The notes under the pieces: generated by a model
Told to the model about the DNA's origin: nothing
The model's input: the letters and a program-made list of their open reading frames with translations, nothing else
Database searches by the model: none
Made by a program: the position numbers and the translations under genes
In this document: positions 1 through 12,637 of the stretch, piece after piece
Numbering within the stretch: position 1 is the first letter of the stretch
Layout: each line of letters starts with the position of its first letter
DNA from: Eledone cirrhosa
Taxonomy: Eukaryota
DNA length: 64,000 nt
Assembly (NCBI GenBank): GCA_964016885.1
Contig: OZ024740.1
Span: forward strand, 189,906,001-189,970,000
Direction of reading: 5' to 3'

Positions 1-870
1 CATTCTATAGATGGTTGGTCCGCAGCAAGTGCGACGACACGCTCGGAGAAACTCTAGGCGTAGAGGAAGCTGAACTGGCCAGTTTGTTCGATAGGACCTT
101 CCACCCGGGACCAATGGACATCTTCCAAATGTCCCTGGCCTGGCAGTGCCACTGAGGAGCTCTACCAGTTCGAGACAAGCTCTACAGCCAGGGGCGCCCG
201 GGTAGGGACCCTTCGAAAAAGATCTGTCCGATATGCGTACGCGAGGAGGAGAGCGCCGCACACCCATTTGTACACTGTCCGGGCGTTACCGACCTGTGGG
301 GCTACGTTGAACAGCTATTGTCGCGGGTGGGACCAATCCAGTTGACCACCAAGTCCATTGCCATGATCAAACCGCTACCCTCCTTCAAAAACGAGGGAGA
401 GGTGGTTTTCCTATGTGTTATGGCTATGGTATAAGAGGCTATATGGTGGACGAGGTTAAAAGGGCTGAGGTCAGACATCTATCTCTCCGGCAAGCAACTG
501 ATTGGGTTTTCAAATATCAATTTGGAAGAAGAATCAGGAAGGAGAGAGAGGTGCTGTACCCCAGCAAATTTTATAAAAGGTGTGTGAATGTGGCAAAGAT
601 GGCCCGAGAGGTTGGGCCTTCTCTCTATATAAGCCTGTAGGTTGAGGAAAAAGAGGAAGAGGGAAAGGGAGTACTCACTCTTGGTGCTCCTGGAGATGAG
701 GGTTGTACATATTTTCGGGGTGTGTACAACCCCTGTGTAACACCTCCCCCCTATTGGGGATTCCAATTGATATTTGTTATTGTATTAGTAGTTTTATTTT
801 CATATACCTGTATGTAAACACCCCATTTGTATTTTCCCCTTCTTTTGTGCCCTTGTGTCTAATAAATAAA
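1..870 (+). mobile_element. 3' end of Tx1/L1-clade non-LTR retrotransposon (degenerate ORF2 C-terminus and 3' UTR)
   Basis: Translates to SLAWQCH*GALPVRDKLYS and a CCHC knuckle CPICVREEESAAHPFVHCP (about 225-280). Ends in AATAAA repeats at 860-870 followed by (CT)n/(TA)n. Confidence 0.75.
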
Positions 871-880
871 TTTATCTATC

Positions 881-938
<58 letters not shown>

Positions 939-966
939 TTATATATATATATATATATATATATAT

Positions 967-1380
967 GTAGATAAATCTACCAAGAGTTTACGATAGTGTC
1001 CAATCCGTATGAAGAACTCAATGTATTCCGGATATCATGGAAAGAAGAGATGTAATGAAAAATCACTTTCGATGAAAGATAAACGGAATACAGAGTCAAG
1101 ATAAAATATTAAACAAATAATGAATAAAACAATGAAACAGTTCCTTATATTAAACAAAAAAAGTTCATTATTTCTGAAGACGGCATATATGTGTGTTTGG
1201 TATGTATATTTAATCTTGATAGTTTGTATAATTTTGTATAATTTTGTACATAGATCTGTTGAATATGCATGCCAATTCTAACACATATATATCCTGTAAA
1301 CGATCGTTAAATAATGAACTTTTTTTGTTTAATATAAGGAACTGTTTCATTGTTTTATTCATTATTTGTTTAATATTTTA
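967..1380. mobile_element. Family A fold-back HHR element in (TA)n (PLE pLTR/retrozyme-like)
   Basis: Inverted arms 1102-1173 and 1309-1380, tail 967-1101. Homologous to 35362-35877. Flanked by (TA)n on both sides. Confidence 0.8.
1160..1322 (+). ncRNA. Type I hammerhead ribozyme, family A, long helix II, GAAA box mutated
   Basis: AAAGTTCATTATTT-CTGAAGA(1174)-about 115 nt-GTAAAC-GATC-GTT-AAATAATGAACTTT. The paralogue at 35664 has an intact GAAAC. Confidence 0.6.
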
Positions 1381-1400
1381 TATATATATATATATTTATA

Positions 1401-1448
<48 letters not shown>

Positions 1449-1451
1449 TAT

Positions 1452-2052
1452 TGATTATTTGTTGGTTGTCTACCGACACCTCACTATGCAGATTGGAGCA
1501 CTTGGCAAAGTACGCAGGTTGCTTTGTTTACTCCGGAGTAATGTAAAATAATTAAGTCAAATTTGTAAATTTTGACTTCGTTTATTATAAATGATAGCTT
1601 GCTGCTATATATATTTCGTTGACAACAATTATTGGCTGTGAACTCGTCATGCAGTCCGAATTGGTGTGGAAAAGACAGGTACACATGTTGTTGAAGTGTG
1701 TTCCACTCTGTCAATACATCGATATATCCAGCTCCTGCGTGTGTTGTTAGTCCTCCGAGGAACTGGAATCATATGGCCTAGAACAAACGAATTTCAACAT
1801 CAGAGGACACGCTCGTATCTCATTGGTCAGTTGACAGCGCATTCCCCAGTCGAAAATCTATAGAAATTCTTCTGAGACAGGTCAGCCTGTAATAGTTGTT
1901 TTTATCAGAATGTTTCAGCATAGCTGACCTCCTTTACTGCGTCGGATTGCCTGAAGAAATCTCAGGCAATAATGGCTGTCACCGAAATATATATATAGAA
2001 ACAATCTATAATTTATAATAAACGAAGCCAAATTTTACATGTTTGACTTACC

Positions 2053-2056
<4 letters not shown>
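1452..2056. mobile_element. Family B fold-back HHR element
   Basis: Arms about 1546-1660 and 1942-2056 are inverted and each has a decayed HHR (minus 1601-1655; plus CTGAAGA 1951 and GAAA 1984). Tail 1452-1545 is shared with 59345-59440. Confidence 0.75.
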
Positions 2057-2117
<61 letters not shown>

Positions 2118-2186
2118 TCTCTATCTATCTCACTCTCTCTCTCTCACTCTCTCTCTCTCCCTCTCACTCCCTCTCTCTCTCATACA

Positions 2187-2256
<70 letters not shown>

Positions 2257-2257
<1 letters not shown>

Positions 2258-2476
2258 AGTATGTATACGTACATACATATATGTATACAGACGTACAGTA
2301 GTATGTATATACATACATGCACACATATATATATATATGTACGTATGGGTTACCGAACATTTATTATAATGCTCGGTTTGACTGTAAACAAACAGCCCGA
2401 ATTAAGCCGCACAGTGTTTAGCAACCATCGTTACCCTTTGTGTGTCTGTATACATATATGTATGTACGTATACATG
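2257..2476 (-). mobile_element. Family D truncated copy with short inversion
   Basis: Matches 40337-40520, the reverse complement of 49873-50080, and 59815-59970. 2445-2476 is the reverse complement of 2260-2293. Confidence 0.8.
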
Positions 2477-2793
2477 CTGATATTTAAATAACAGCCATAC
2501 CAAAATCAACATACTGATTGCGGATTTGGTACGGGTGATGAGAAATGTGTCCCGCATGTGCAACCCCGAAGAACTAGAGAGACACATACAACACTTCATC
2601 CACCGTATGCAGTTCTCTGGCTACAATCAGAGAGATAGAATCAGAGTGTATAGAGGAGCCAGAACCAAATGGGAAAAATGGTAAATAATGACATAAATAG
2701 ACGTGCCCCTTGTATAGAGGCAAATTTTGGAATTGAATAGAAAGAACTAGGAACAAGGCCAATAGAATAAATAGCAATAAATACCAGAGTGTA

Positions 2794-3327
2794 ATGTTCA
2801 TCAATACAACCCCTAGAGGCGAACTAGCCTACAAATTTAGAAGGGCCCTAAATACACATAAACTCAATATTAAGATAGTAGAAAGACCAGGTACCTCCGT
2901 AAAAACACTTATTAGCAAGACATACCCGTTCCAAAGACCCTCATCTGTAGATAAGAAATGTATAACCTGTAAAATAAGCCCCCATATTAACTGTAAAACT
3001 AGAAATGTAGTGTATAGCATAAAATGTACTGAAGGACAATGTAGAAACAAAAATATAGTGTACATAGGTGAGACAGCTCGTAGTATAGAGGAACGGATAA
3101 ATGAACACTGGCGAGACCTTCAAGATAATAAAGAATCATCTGTACTCTACCAACATGCTAAGATAGAACACAAGGGTAAATTAGAGAACATAGAAATAAA
3201 AATAGAATCCACACACAGAAAAGATGCAATGTTTAGGCAAATTCCAGAGGCAGTAAGCATAACAGAATTACAACCAAAATTAAATAGAAAATATGAGTGG
3301 AACAGCAACATCACAACTTACAATTAA
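2794..3327 (+). pseudogene. PLE GIY-YIG endonuclease domain (fragment)
   Basis: CITC...C.TRNVVYSIKC...VYIGETARSIEERINEH...LYQH...H...RQIPEA...PKLN, giving the VVY/YIG motifs, catalytic R/E/N residues and CCHH residues. Confidence 0.85.
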
Positions 3328-3530
3328 GGACAACATGAAAACACACACACACATAGAACAAACAACCAACCAACAACATGTAAATAAATAAACAAATAGA
3401 TAAATGAACACAAACACACACATACACCCGGATGTGGCGCATGCGCAAACTGAGCACACAACACACACACAGAAACAAAATGCCGTAGGACAGAAGAAAG
3501 AAAAGGCACAGAAACAAAGAAGGAATCCCC

Positions 3531-3575
3531 AGTCACTGAAGAGGTCACAGAGTGTGTGACGAAAGGACTATGACT
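3531..3575 (+). ncRNA. Minimal type I hammerhead ribozyme, family C
   Basis: AGTCA-CTGAAGA-G-GTCACA(GAGTG)TGTGAC-GAAA-GGAC-TA-TGACT. Helices I and II pair perfectly. Confidence 0.8.
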
Positions 3576-3797
3576 ATATGTAAACAACTATCTGGTTGTG
3601 AAACCAACCAACCAACCAGAAATGTATAAGTTTGTAGATTTGTAAATTTATAAATTTATAAATATATAACAAATTGAAGTGAAAGTTACTGGTGCGTGTG
3701 TTTCTTATTGGCAACATGACCCTCCCAAAGTATAACAATATCGGTTTCAACACACGATTTCAGATAAAGAATCTTGCTAAACAAATTCAGAAACGAA

Positions 3798-3828
<31 letters not shown>

Positions 3829-3886
3829 TATGTGTGTGTATGTATATATATTTATATATATATATATTGATACATACATATATATA

Positions 3887-4540
3887 CAATACGTCCAAAA
3901 GTCACTATACGATTTTCTTTTCTGTTTCTCTTCAGGTATCTGGTGGAGAGACGTCAGGTCATCCGAATTTGACAGGTTAGGCTGTGCAGTTTTTATCAGC
4001 TTGTCATTCCTTAGCCAATGGCTCGCCATTCGACCTCCGGGCAGCGCTGCAAAATTGAGGCCTGGAAAGAAGATTGTCTCTCTCCGACTGCAGTTAAATG
4101 GCAGTTTGAGAACATATATGTTAGACACACTACTTCAATTCAAATACTAATTTACGCTGTCCATGAATTGTGTCTCAAAGCAAGATGTATTGTTGAGAAG
4201 CCACGCAGCGGATAAGCTGTGACTACCACCACCAAAATTATGATGCTCGTGTGGATATGGCCCATAACTCGTAGAAGACTGTGGTTCCGTGATGAGTCGA
4301 TCTCTCATCTCACTTGTCGGTTAAATCTACATGACTGTCGAATTTGTGTAAAATGAAACAAAGCAGCAACTAGCGTCCGATGTGGGCTGAAGATTGTCGA
4401 AAATGAAGAGCTTCTAGTTGTCAAAGCATTGAAACATGATAGAAAATTAGGCAAGAAAAAATGAAATGTCTACTTTGTTGATGCCAAAAATTTGAATAAA
4501 ATCAGTTTCTTCTGCATAATGACTTTTGGAATACTCATCA
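3887..4540 (+). mobile_element. Internally deleted Tc1/mariner-superfamily DNA transposon
   Basis: Imperfect TIRs TCCAAAAGTCACTATAC / GCATAATGACTTTTGGA in TA context. ORF 4018-4215 (M..S.GQR.KI..W...S.TAV..QF...KPRSG) resembles a transposase N-terminal HTH. Confidence 0.65.
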
Positions 4541-5887
4541 TTTATATACATATATATAAGAAATTTAGTAGAAATAGAAGCTTATGCCGTAATTTGACTA
4601 AGGAAATTAGCCTGATAATGGGCATTTAATACATTCTAAATGGAAAATGATTAGTATTAACGAACATGGGTGTCGTTCCCACATCTTTGGCTACCCAGAC
4701 GACTGTGCAACCATTACACACATATATAAATATTTTAGCTGTACTGGAAAATATTATTACGAGGGCGATATTTTTGCGCAGCCGTGGGTCGGACATTTTA
4801 TTTATATGAAATACACGTATAGACAACTTACAAAACCCAGGGAATGCTGATGCATGGAGTTTTACGCTTTTCTATGTTTTACTATCTGTTAAATGCACTA
4901 TCTCATTTTAACCTATCTTTCTATGCATCTATGAGCATGAAAAAAATGAGGATATACTATCTCAAAATATTTTTGGGATTTATAGCCGCAATATTACCTG
5001 TTTGTAAGTCATAATATAAATATATTTCGAATAAACCTAGAAATCAGTCCAGACGCTTCATGTAGAACACGTCGGATAATTGTGCGTCCTTACTAAATAT
5101 TTTGCCTATATTACAATATTCTTCCGCTCCTCCTTCTTCGCTTTCTTTCTTATTCTTGGGAGTGACGTCAGGTTAGTGTCCTCAGACACTTATTCCAGCG
5201 GGTCCAGTCATAAGCGATTGTCTCCAATTGTTACGTCTGGATACTCAAATGAAACGAGCCGAGATCATTGATGTTATCCAAACATCTTGCTCGGTTACTA
5301 GGCCCGGATATCGTGGCAGTTGGATTTTCATAGGAAGTGTATGTAATTTTCTAATATTACATATAATAAATACGTTTTCATACGAGTATAGTAAATGCTT
5401 CATTGTGATGATGCGCAGTATGTTCATATAATGGTAATCTACTTAACATATTAGTTTATGAATACACATTATGTATTAATGAGATAGCGTCCAGCTTAAC
5501 AATTGGTCTCCCAACCCTCTTTAGAAATAAAATTGATAATATTTTATCTCAGAGTTCGTTTGTGTGCAATAAGTGTGGTAATAAATTATTACTTTATATT
5601 CTGACAATCCACAGAACACCAACAAAAGAAATTCATAAAACGTTACTAATACCTTCATTTCATCAAACGTCTGCCATATGTATGACTGAGCATCAATGCA
5701 TTCATATAATATATTATAAAGCGTGCAAAAAAATCGAAATGAAAGTGGCCAAGCATATAACTGTCTATAATAGAAATGCCAATTGTGAAAATAAAGGACG
5801 TCTACGTATCTAAGCACATTTGCATGTATATATGTATATGTGACTGTATATATATATATATGTATGCATGTATAATATATATATATA

Positions 5888-5946
<59 letters not shown>

Positions 5947-5957
5947 ACACACACACA

Positions 5958-5992
<35 letters not shown>

Positions 5993-6467
5993 GTGGGTGT
6001 GTGTGTGTTTATATTTTAGTTTAAAAAATGTACATATTCATAATGAAAAAAATATTAAAAATATGAAGTAAAAAGCTATTATATATGTTGATTCATTTAG
6101 TTTTTATAATGTATATATATATATATATATATATATATCTATCAAATTTAGTACACCATAATCGAAGCTCTGGCTGCAGGTAAGCTAACGAATGCAATCG
6201 GGGTATGAAGCTAAGCACTCAATAAGGTATATTACATTAGAGTTATAACATTACGTTTAGACAGTTTGCAAATTGAAGACAGCGACCGTTAGGCGAGCCG
6301 CAGTGACCAAAGCGATGAAAAAATCTAAACTCAGGAATATATATATATATATATATATTATAAAAAGTAAATGACTGTCTCTTTGTGTGTGAATGTCCTT
6401 GTGTGAAATGAATGGTGATTGAAGAGAGTGTGCATGAGTGAATTTGTACAAGCACTTGTATATACAC

Positions 6468-6620
<153 letters not shown>

Positions 6621-6952
6621 TGTCTAATACCTGGCACATTTTGTTCATGGCAGCAGTCTGTTCTAAACAAAAAGGTGTGTCCACCAAATATTTTCATTAT
6701 TAAAACTTAAAGAAATTGTCTCCTTTTCTCTATACAGACATTTTAAAAAATATCGCTAATAGGAGAAAACACAGAAATGATAATAACACAAAACTTTGCT
6801 TAAAATGCTCAATTACTGAAATCAACATTAAACATATAATTTGAAATCATGTTTAGGAAAGGAAAAGTAATAAAATACTATATACTAAAATATGTTTAAT
6901 ATATTCCAAAGGAGTTTTTGTGTATGTGAGGTTGTACTCAAACGTTGGAAAC

Positions 6953-8215
6953 GCTGGATTGCAGTATCGGTAGAACGCCGATTGCCATGCTTTGAGACAT
7001 TGATTTACGGCCATTTAGGTTATGAGGTCGAATTCCGGCGACGTTAACATTACCTTTCATCCTGACGTGATCTACAAATTAAAGCACCAGTAATGTAGCA
7101 CCAGTAATGGAGTCAATTTAATCGACTTACCCATCCTCGAAATTGCTGTTCTTGTGCCTATAGTAGAACTCATTCTTATTGACTTAACCTTTCATCCTTA
7201 CGGGGTCGATAAAATAAAGTACCAGTAATGCACTGGGTATTGGTGGCCTTGTGCCTAAAGTAGAAACAATTATTATTATTATTATTATTATCATTCGTAA
7301 CGCATTTGCTCTGGCAGATGCTATACCGCAAACTAGGCTCATAAGAGAAATACCACCTTAATGTGCCAAATTGCAACCCACCCATATTGGTGGCAAGATA
7401 AAAATTCAGTTGTTTGTTATTGTTATGTACCTGCGAGTATTCTTTTCTGAATGAGATAATGGAGTTTTGTATGTAGCAGCTGATATCGTGAAATGTAGGT
7501 AGCAGCTGATATCGTGACAATTGATTAGGCTATATGTTTATACAAATTTAATCTTAAATGAAAATATACTCGGTCCCCTAGGACACCTTTTAGGGAAAAA
7601 TAGGTAGAATGGTTCTAAAGAGGGCTTTGCATTATTTGTTCCACTTCTTTATATTTTTAATTTAAATCCCACTGAGGTAAATTTTACCGTACATTCTTCC
7701 GAGGTCGATACAATAAAGTATCAGATATATAATAGATTCGTTTCAATTGAGCTTACATCTCTCCATAATTGCTGAATGTGCAAACATTAGAAGCCATTAT
7801 AATTATTAAATAAGGCGGTGGATTAGCAGTATCGGTAGAGGGTCGGACGCCATGCTTTCCAGCATAGTTACGTCCCTTTACGATCTGAGTTCAAATCCCA
7901 CCGAGGTTGACTTTGCCTTTCATCCTTACGGGGTCGATAAAATAAAGTACCAGTAATGCACTGGGTAATTGCTGACCTTGTGCCTAAAGTAAAAACAATT
8001 ATAATTATTAAATGGGGTTGCTGCTGTATAGCTAGAATGGAAGAACGCTGGGCAAAATACTGTGGGTCTGATATGCCTCCCTCGCAGGTCAATTAGCAGG
8101 TGGACATATATCTGTTGAAATGAAAAGCATTGTTTCTGTGTTCGACATAATTATCATACAATATTCTGAGTTCAATTCCACAGAGGTGGCCTGTGAAATT
8201 CATCTAAGCGCTCGT
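6953..8215 (+). mobile_element. Cluster of 4-5 tRNA-derived SINE copies (MetaSINE-like core); best copy 7814-8010
   Basis: A-box-like TAGCAGTATCGG, B-box GAGTTCAAATCC, core GCCTTTCATCCTTACGGGGTCGATAAAATAAAGTACCAG and an (ATT)n tail. Confidence 0.85.
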
Positions 8216-8989
8216 CACTAAAATAAATATCATTTAACAGTTTTTACTGCGCCATCATATTAAAACAAATTGTTTTTGAGTCAATTGACGTGCATCTATG
8301 CAACCAATTGACCTACTGACCATAACATCCAAATATCTATTATTGAGGGCACATTCTAAAATGAATTAGTTCATATATATTTTATGAACAAATAACCATA
8401 ACTGAACTAGTTTTGAACATAGACATGCTCGATTAGAGTAGCCTATGGACTAAACAACAACAACAAATTATGGGTAACGATAATTCTGTAAAGGTTTGGA
8501 GAGGATTATTGGGTTGTTTTGATGATTATTTACAACATATGCTGTGTAAGATATATTATTCAATCGAGACGATAATAAATAGGATTTATCATTCAATTGT
8601 TATAATAGTGATCTGTGATAATCTCATGTAGAACGTGCCATATGTATATTCGGGATTTGTTTTCAATTGTGCTTAAAATAGTTGTGTAGCTTAATGTCAA
8701 ATCTAATAGCGGAAACCTATAACAGTCGACAATCCAATGAGAAGCATTCTATTTTTATGAGAATGTATGAATATCTTTTAAATCGTAACATTCTTTAACA
8801 CTTTTGATAGCGTTTGGAATCGTAGTTGACAAAAATGGTGAGTTGTTGTATAGTATTCACATTATTTTTTATTTCATTTTAATATTGTGTGCATGAATTT
8901 CCAATGTCATTTATTTTACGCTCACAACTATGTAACACTAAAATTATTGTATTTAGACAAGTTCCTCATTTCATTTCTGAGTGGCATCG

Positions 8990-9167
8990 TTGTCGAACTG
9001 GATACTTTTATTCCAGGTTTCGATATTGGTTTCCGATATAGGCACATGGCCAAATTTTTGGGGGAGGTCGGAAAGTCGATGAAATAGACCCCAGTGCATG
9101 ACCGGTACTTCATTTTATCGACCCTGTAAAGATGAAAGACAAAGCTATAACCTCGGCGGAATTTGTG
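8990..9167 (-). mobile_element. SINE partial copy
   Basis: GGTACTTCATTTTATCGACCCTGTAAAGATGAAAGACAAAG is the reverse complement of the SINE core. Confidence 0.75.
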
Positions 9168-9209
9168 ACTAAGGCGTTAATGTTCGTATTTTCTTCGCTA
9201 CTTCCCCAT

Positions 9210-9261
9210 TTTAAACCATTATTGTCCCATATATGCATATATGGGACAATAATGATTTAAA
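9210..9261. repeat. Near-perfect zero-spacer palindrome
   Basis: TTTAAACCATTATTGTCCCATATATG|CATATATGGGACAATAATGATTTAAA. Confidence 0.9.
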
Positions 9262-9344
9262 TACACACACACACACTTATATATATACATACAGACACGC
9301 CGACGCGTGCACGCACACACATACAAACATATATATATAGCTAT

Positions 9345-9534
9345 CTACTATATAATGCTAAAAGTCTGTGATTGCTTGATTGTCTGTTATGTAATACAGC
9401 CAATAGGGCGCATAATGGGAAAATACTTTGAAAGGGGGTTGCCCAGAAATAGGAATGAAAATGGAATAAAATAAGTTTCACGTATATCGAAGCACGGGTT
9501 CCTGGGGACATGGGTTTTCTGGGTACCTTCATAA

Positions 9535-9625
<91 letters not shown>

Positions 9626-10524
9626 GTAGAGATAAAGATATAGTGATTGTGAGTGAGTAGATTGAAAGAGAAACATAGAGAGAGAGGGAGAGGAGACAGA
9701 GAAGGAGAATGGAAGCGAGAGAGAGAGAGACAGCTGGTTTTGTTGAGTGTGTGTATATAGGTGTGTGTGTGTCTATGACCAGTGTATATAGATCACAGAC
9801 ACTCACATTTATATATATACACTCACACTTACATATATATATATATATATATATAGAAATTACATGAATCAAAGTTCTGTTCTAACCATTTATTCGCTTA
9901 CTTTTGTTTCTTCCAAACCGAGGTTTGGAGTCTTCGGGGCAATTTTTCAATGATTGTTTACATACATGACCTCCTTTCCAACACAAGAGACATACAGAAA
10001 CATATGTATATATCGATGCACAATGGGTTGACATCCATTATAATATTTTAGCATGGCAATTTACATTCAAAGATTAAAGTCATATTAAAAGAAAATTAAA
10101 ACAAAATTAAAGTTAAAATACAGCATTGGCAGTTTACGAAGATAATGCAAGAGGATAGTTAGAAGTAGTTAGTGTATGCAATAGTTACATGTGGGGCATG
10201 CACGTGTGTCTTATTTATATAAGATTATAGTGCGGCAGGGTGTTATATGTAATACAAGCAGTTTAAGTGGGAAATCAAGAGTATTGTGGGGGTTGTATTG
10301 GTAAAGTATTTTTTTATGTATGATATAGAAGGTTGTGTGCACAGAAATATTAAAAATATTAAAAATGAGAAGCAAAACAATGTTATCGTTTTCGTATACA
10401 CCACCATTTTCACAATCCAGGAAACGTAATATATGTATTATATGTCCTTCACATAATCAATGATGATTCAATATTGGATGTTTGATGAATTAGGTTAGAA
10501 TATTACAGCTTGTTGTTCTTTAAT

Positions 10525-10578
<54 letters not shown>

Positions 10579-11650
10579 ACAAGCATACACATTTATATAT
10601 ATACATATACACACGTATATATATGGGTCTTCCAGTCTCATTTCACATTGTATACATGTCTGTGTATATTATTTATTATTTAAAAATACGTTTCTGGCCG
10701 TGTGCCTATATAAGAAACCTTTATTTAAGTGAACATGGTTTTTAAAAAACATTTTGAAGTGAACGTGACCAAACTGGTCACGAGTGGTCTAGTGCACTAC
10801 TAAAACTCTGTGATTGCTTGCTTGCTTGTCTGTAATGTAATACAGCTAAAAGTGTGCACAATGGGAAATTCATTGAAAGGAAGTTGACCCTGAAATGGGA
10901 ATACAAATAGAATAAAAGTAGTTTCGCGTAAATCGGAGCATATGTTCCCGATAGTTTTTTCCGGGTACCTTCATGAATAGAGAGAGAGAGAAATATAGAG
11001 AGAAATAGATAGTGGTTTTGAGAGAGTAAATTGAAAGAGATACATACAGAGAGAGAGAGAGAAGGAGATGGTGGTTTTATTGTGTACATATATATATATA
11101 TGTGAGTGGGTGTGTACATATATGTGTGTGTATCAGCGTGTGTTTATCACCAGTGTATATAGATCACAGTCACCCATATATAAATCTACACACACATACA
11201 ATTATATATATATATATATATATATTTATTTATATATGTATGTATACACACACACACACAATTATATGTATATACATACGCACACGTATTGATCTTCAGG
11301 TTTCATTTCACATTATATACATGTGTATATTTTAACTATGTAAACATTGATTTTAAGAAAACATGATTTAAAACGAATATTTTGAAGTGAACGGGACCCA
11401 ATGTGTCCTGAGTGGTCTAGCATACTAGTAAAACTCTGTGATTGTTTAATCGCTTGCTTGTCTGTAACGTAATACAGCCAAAAGTGCGCATAATGGGAAA
11501 AGGGTTTGAAATGAATTTGACACTGACATGGCGATACTAAAGGAATGAAACACGTTTCGGGTAAATCGGAGCACGGGTTCCCGAGATATAGTTTTTTTCG
11601 GGTAACTTCATTAACAGAGAGAGAGAGAGAGAGAGAGAGAGATAGGATTG
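9345..11650. repeat. Degenerate tandem repeat with a unit of about 625 bp, three partial copies
   Basis: The block CTGTGATTGCTTG...GTAATACAGC...ATGGGAAA...CTTCAT-(AG)n recurs at about 9365, 10805 and 11433. Confidence 0.75.
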
Positions 11651-12555
11651 AAAGGTGTCTAAATACTCAATTATATTAGGAGTATATATCCCTAATACTG
11701 AGCCTTTCGTTACAACTTGATATAAACAGTGGTGGACTGGCCAAGTTGCCAGGTTACCAGGTTGCCCAATGGCAAGCAGTAGCATTACAAGAGCCCACAG
11801 TAGCATTGCAGGGACCATTGCAGTATTTTAGGGGCCAATACTCTGCTTACAAAAATACCTGAAATCCAAGAGAAAGAATAACATTTTTTTTACAAATAAA
11901 TAAAACAATTAAGCCAAAGATTCGTTCAACGATGGTTAGACATGCGGTGGAACATAAATTAAAAATGGATAACATGTTAAATCTAGTCTTGAAAGATGAG
12001 AAACAAAACGAGTATGTAGTTAATGGAATACCCAAATGATTTAGAAATCGTCCAATAGTATTAAGAAAGACATGGCAACATCACATCATTTTGCTTGGAA
12101 AATAGGTTTATAAGTATGAATTTTCATACGCTATACGTAGTTGTCTCTGTGGCCTAGCGGTAGGTACTAGAGACAGTGGAGATCCTGTCCTTGGGTTCAA
12201 TCCTGGTCAAGAGGTATATGAAACCTTTTTTCAGTTATTATTTTACAAACCATAGAAAAAAAATGAAATCCCTACTCCCGACCAGACTCGAATTTCATAC
12301 CAGAATCACCACTATCTATGATCCCTTCAACTAGGCCACCGAGACATCTACAAAAGTATAATGTAAATTGATAATTATAAACCTGCTTTCAAAGATGTGG
12401 TGTCGATCATGGCTTTCCTAGAGGTATTAGTAACATTTATGGTCGGCTTGTCAAACTTCTGGCCTTTGGAAACAACTTTATGTTCCTGTGTGCTTAACTG
12501 TTGAATTAATTAAATTTTATTATTTTAGCAAACAAATAATATATATATATGTACA

Positions 12556-12616
<61 letters not shown>

Positions 12617-12637
12617 GTGTGTGTGTGTATATATATA

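Larger units (their letters stand above)
2477..3798 (+). mobile_element. 5'-truncated Penelope-like element (family C): RT thumb, GIY-YIG endonuclease, pLTR with HHR, tail
   Basis: Upstream frame ILIADLVRVMRNVS...HFIHRMQFSGY, the GIY-YIG ORF 2794-3327, an HHR at 3531-3575, and an end at ...CAGAAACGAAA followed by (TA)n. Confidence 0.9.

Noticed and set aside
12143-12213. Functional tRNA gene
   Set aside because: A and B boxes are present, but the acceptor, anticodon and T stems pair poorly. Treated as a tRNA-derived repeat.
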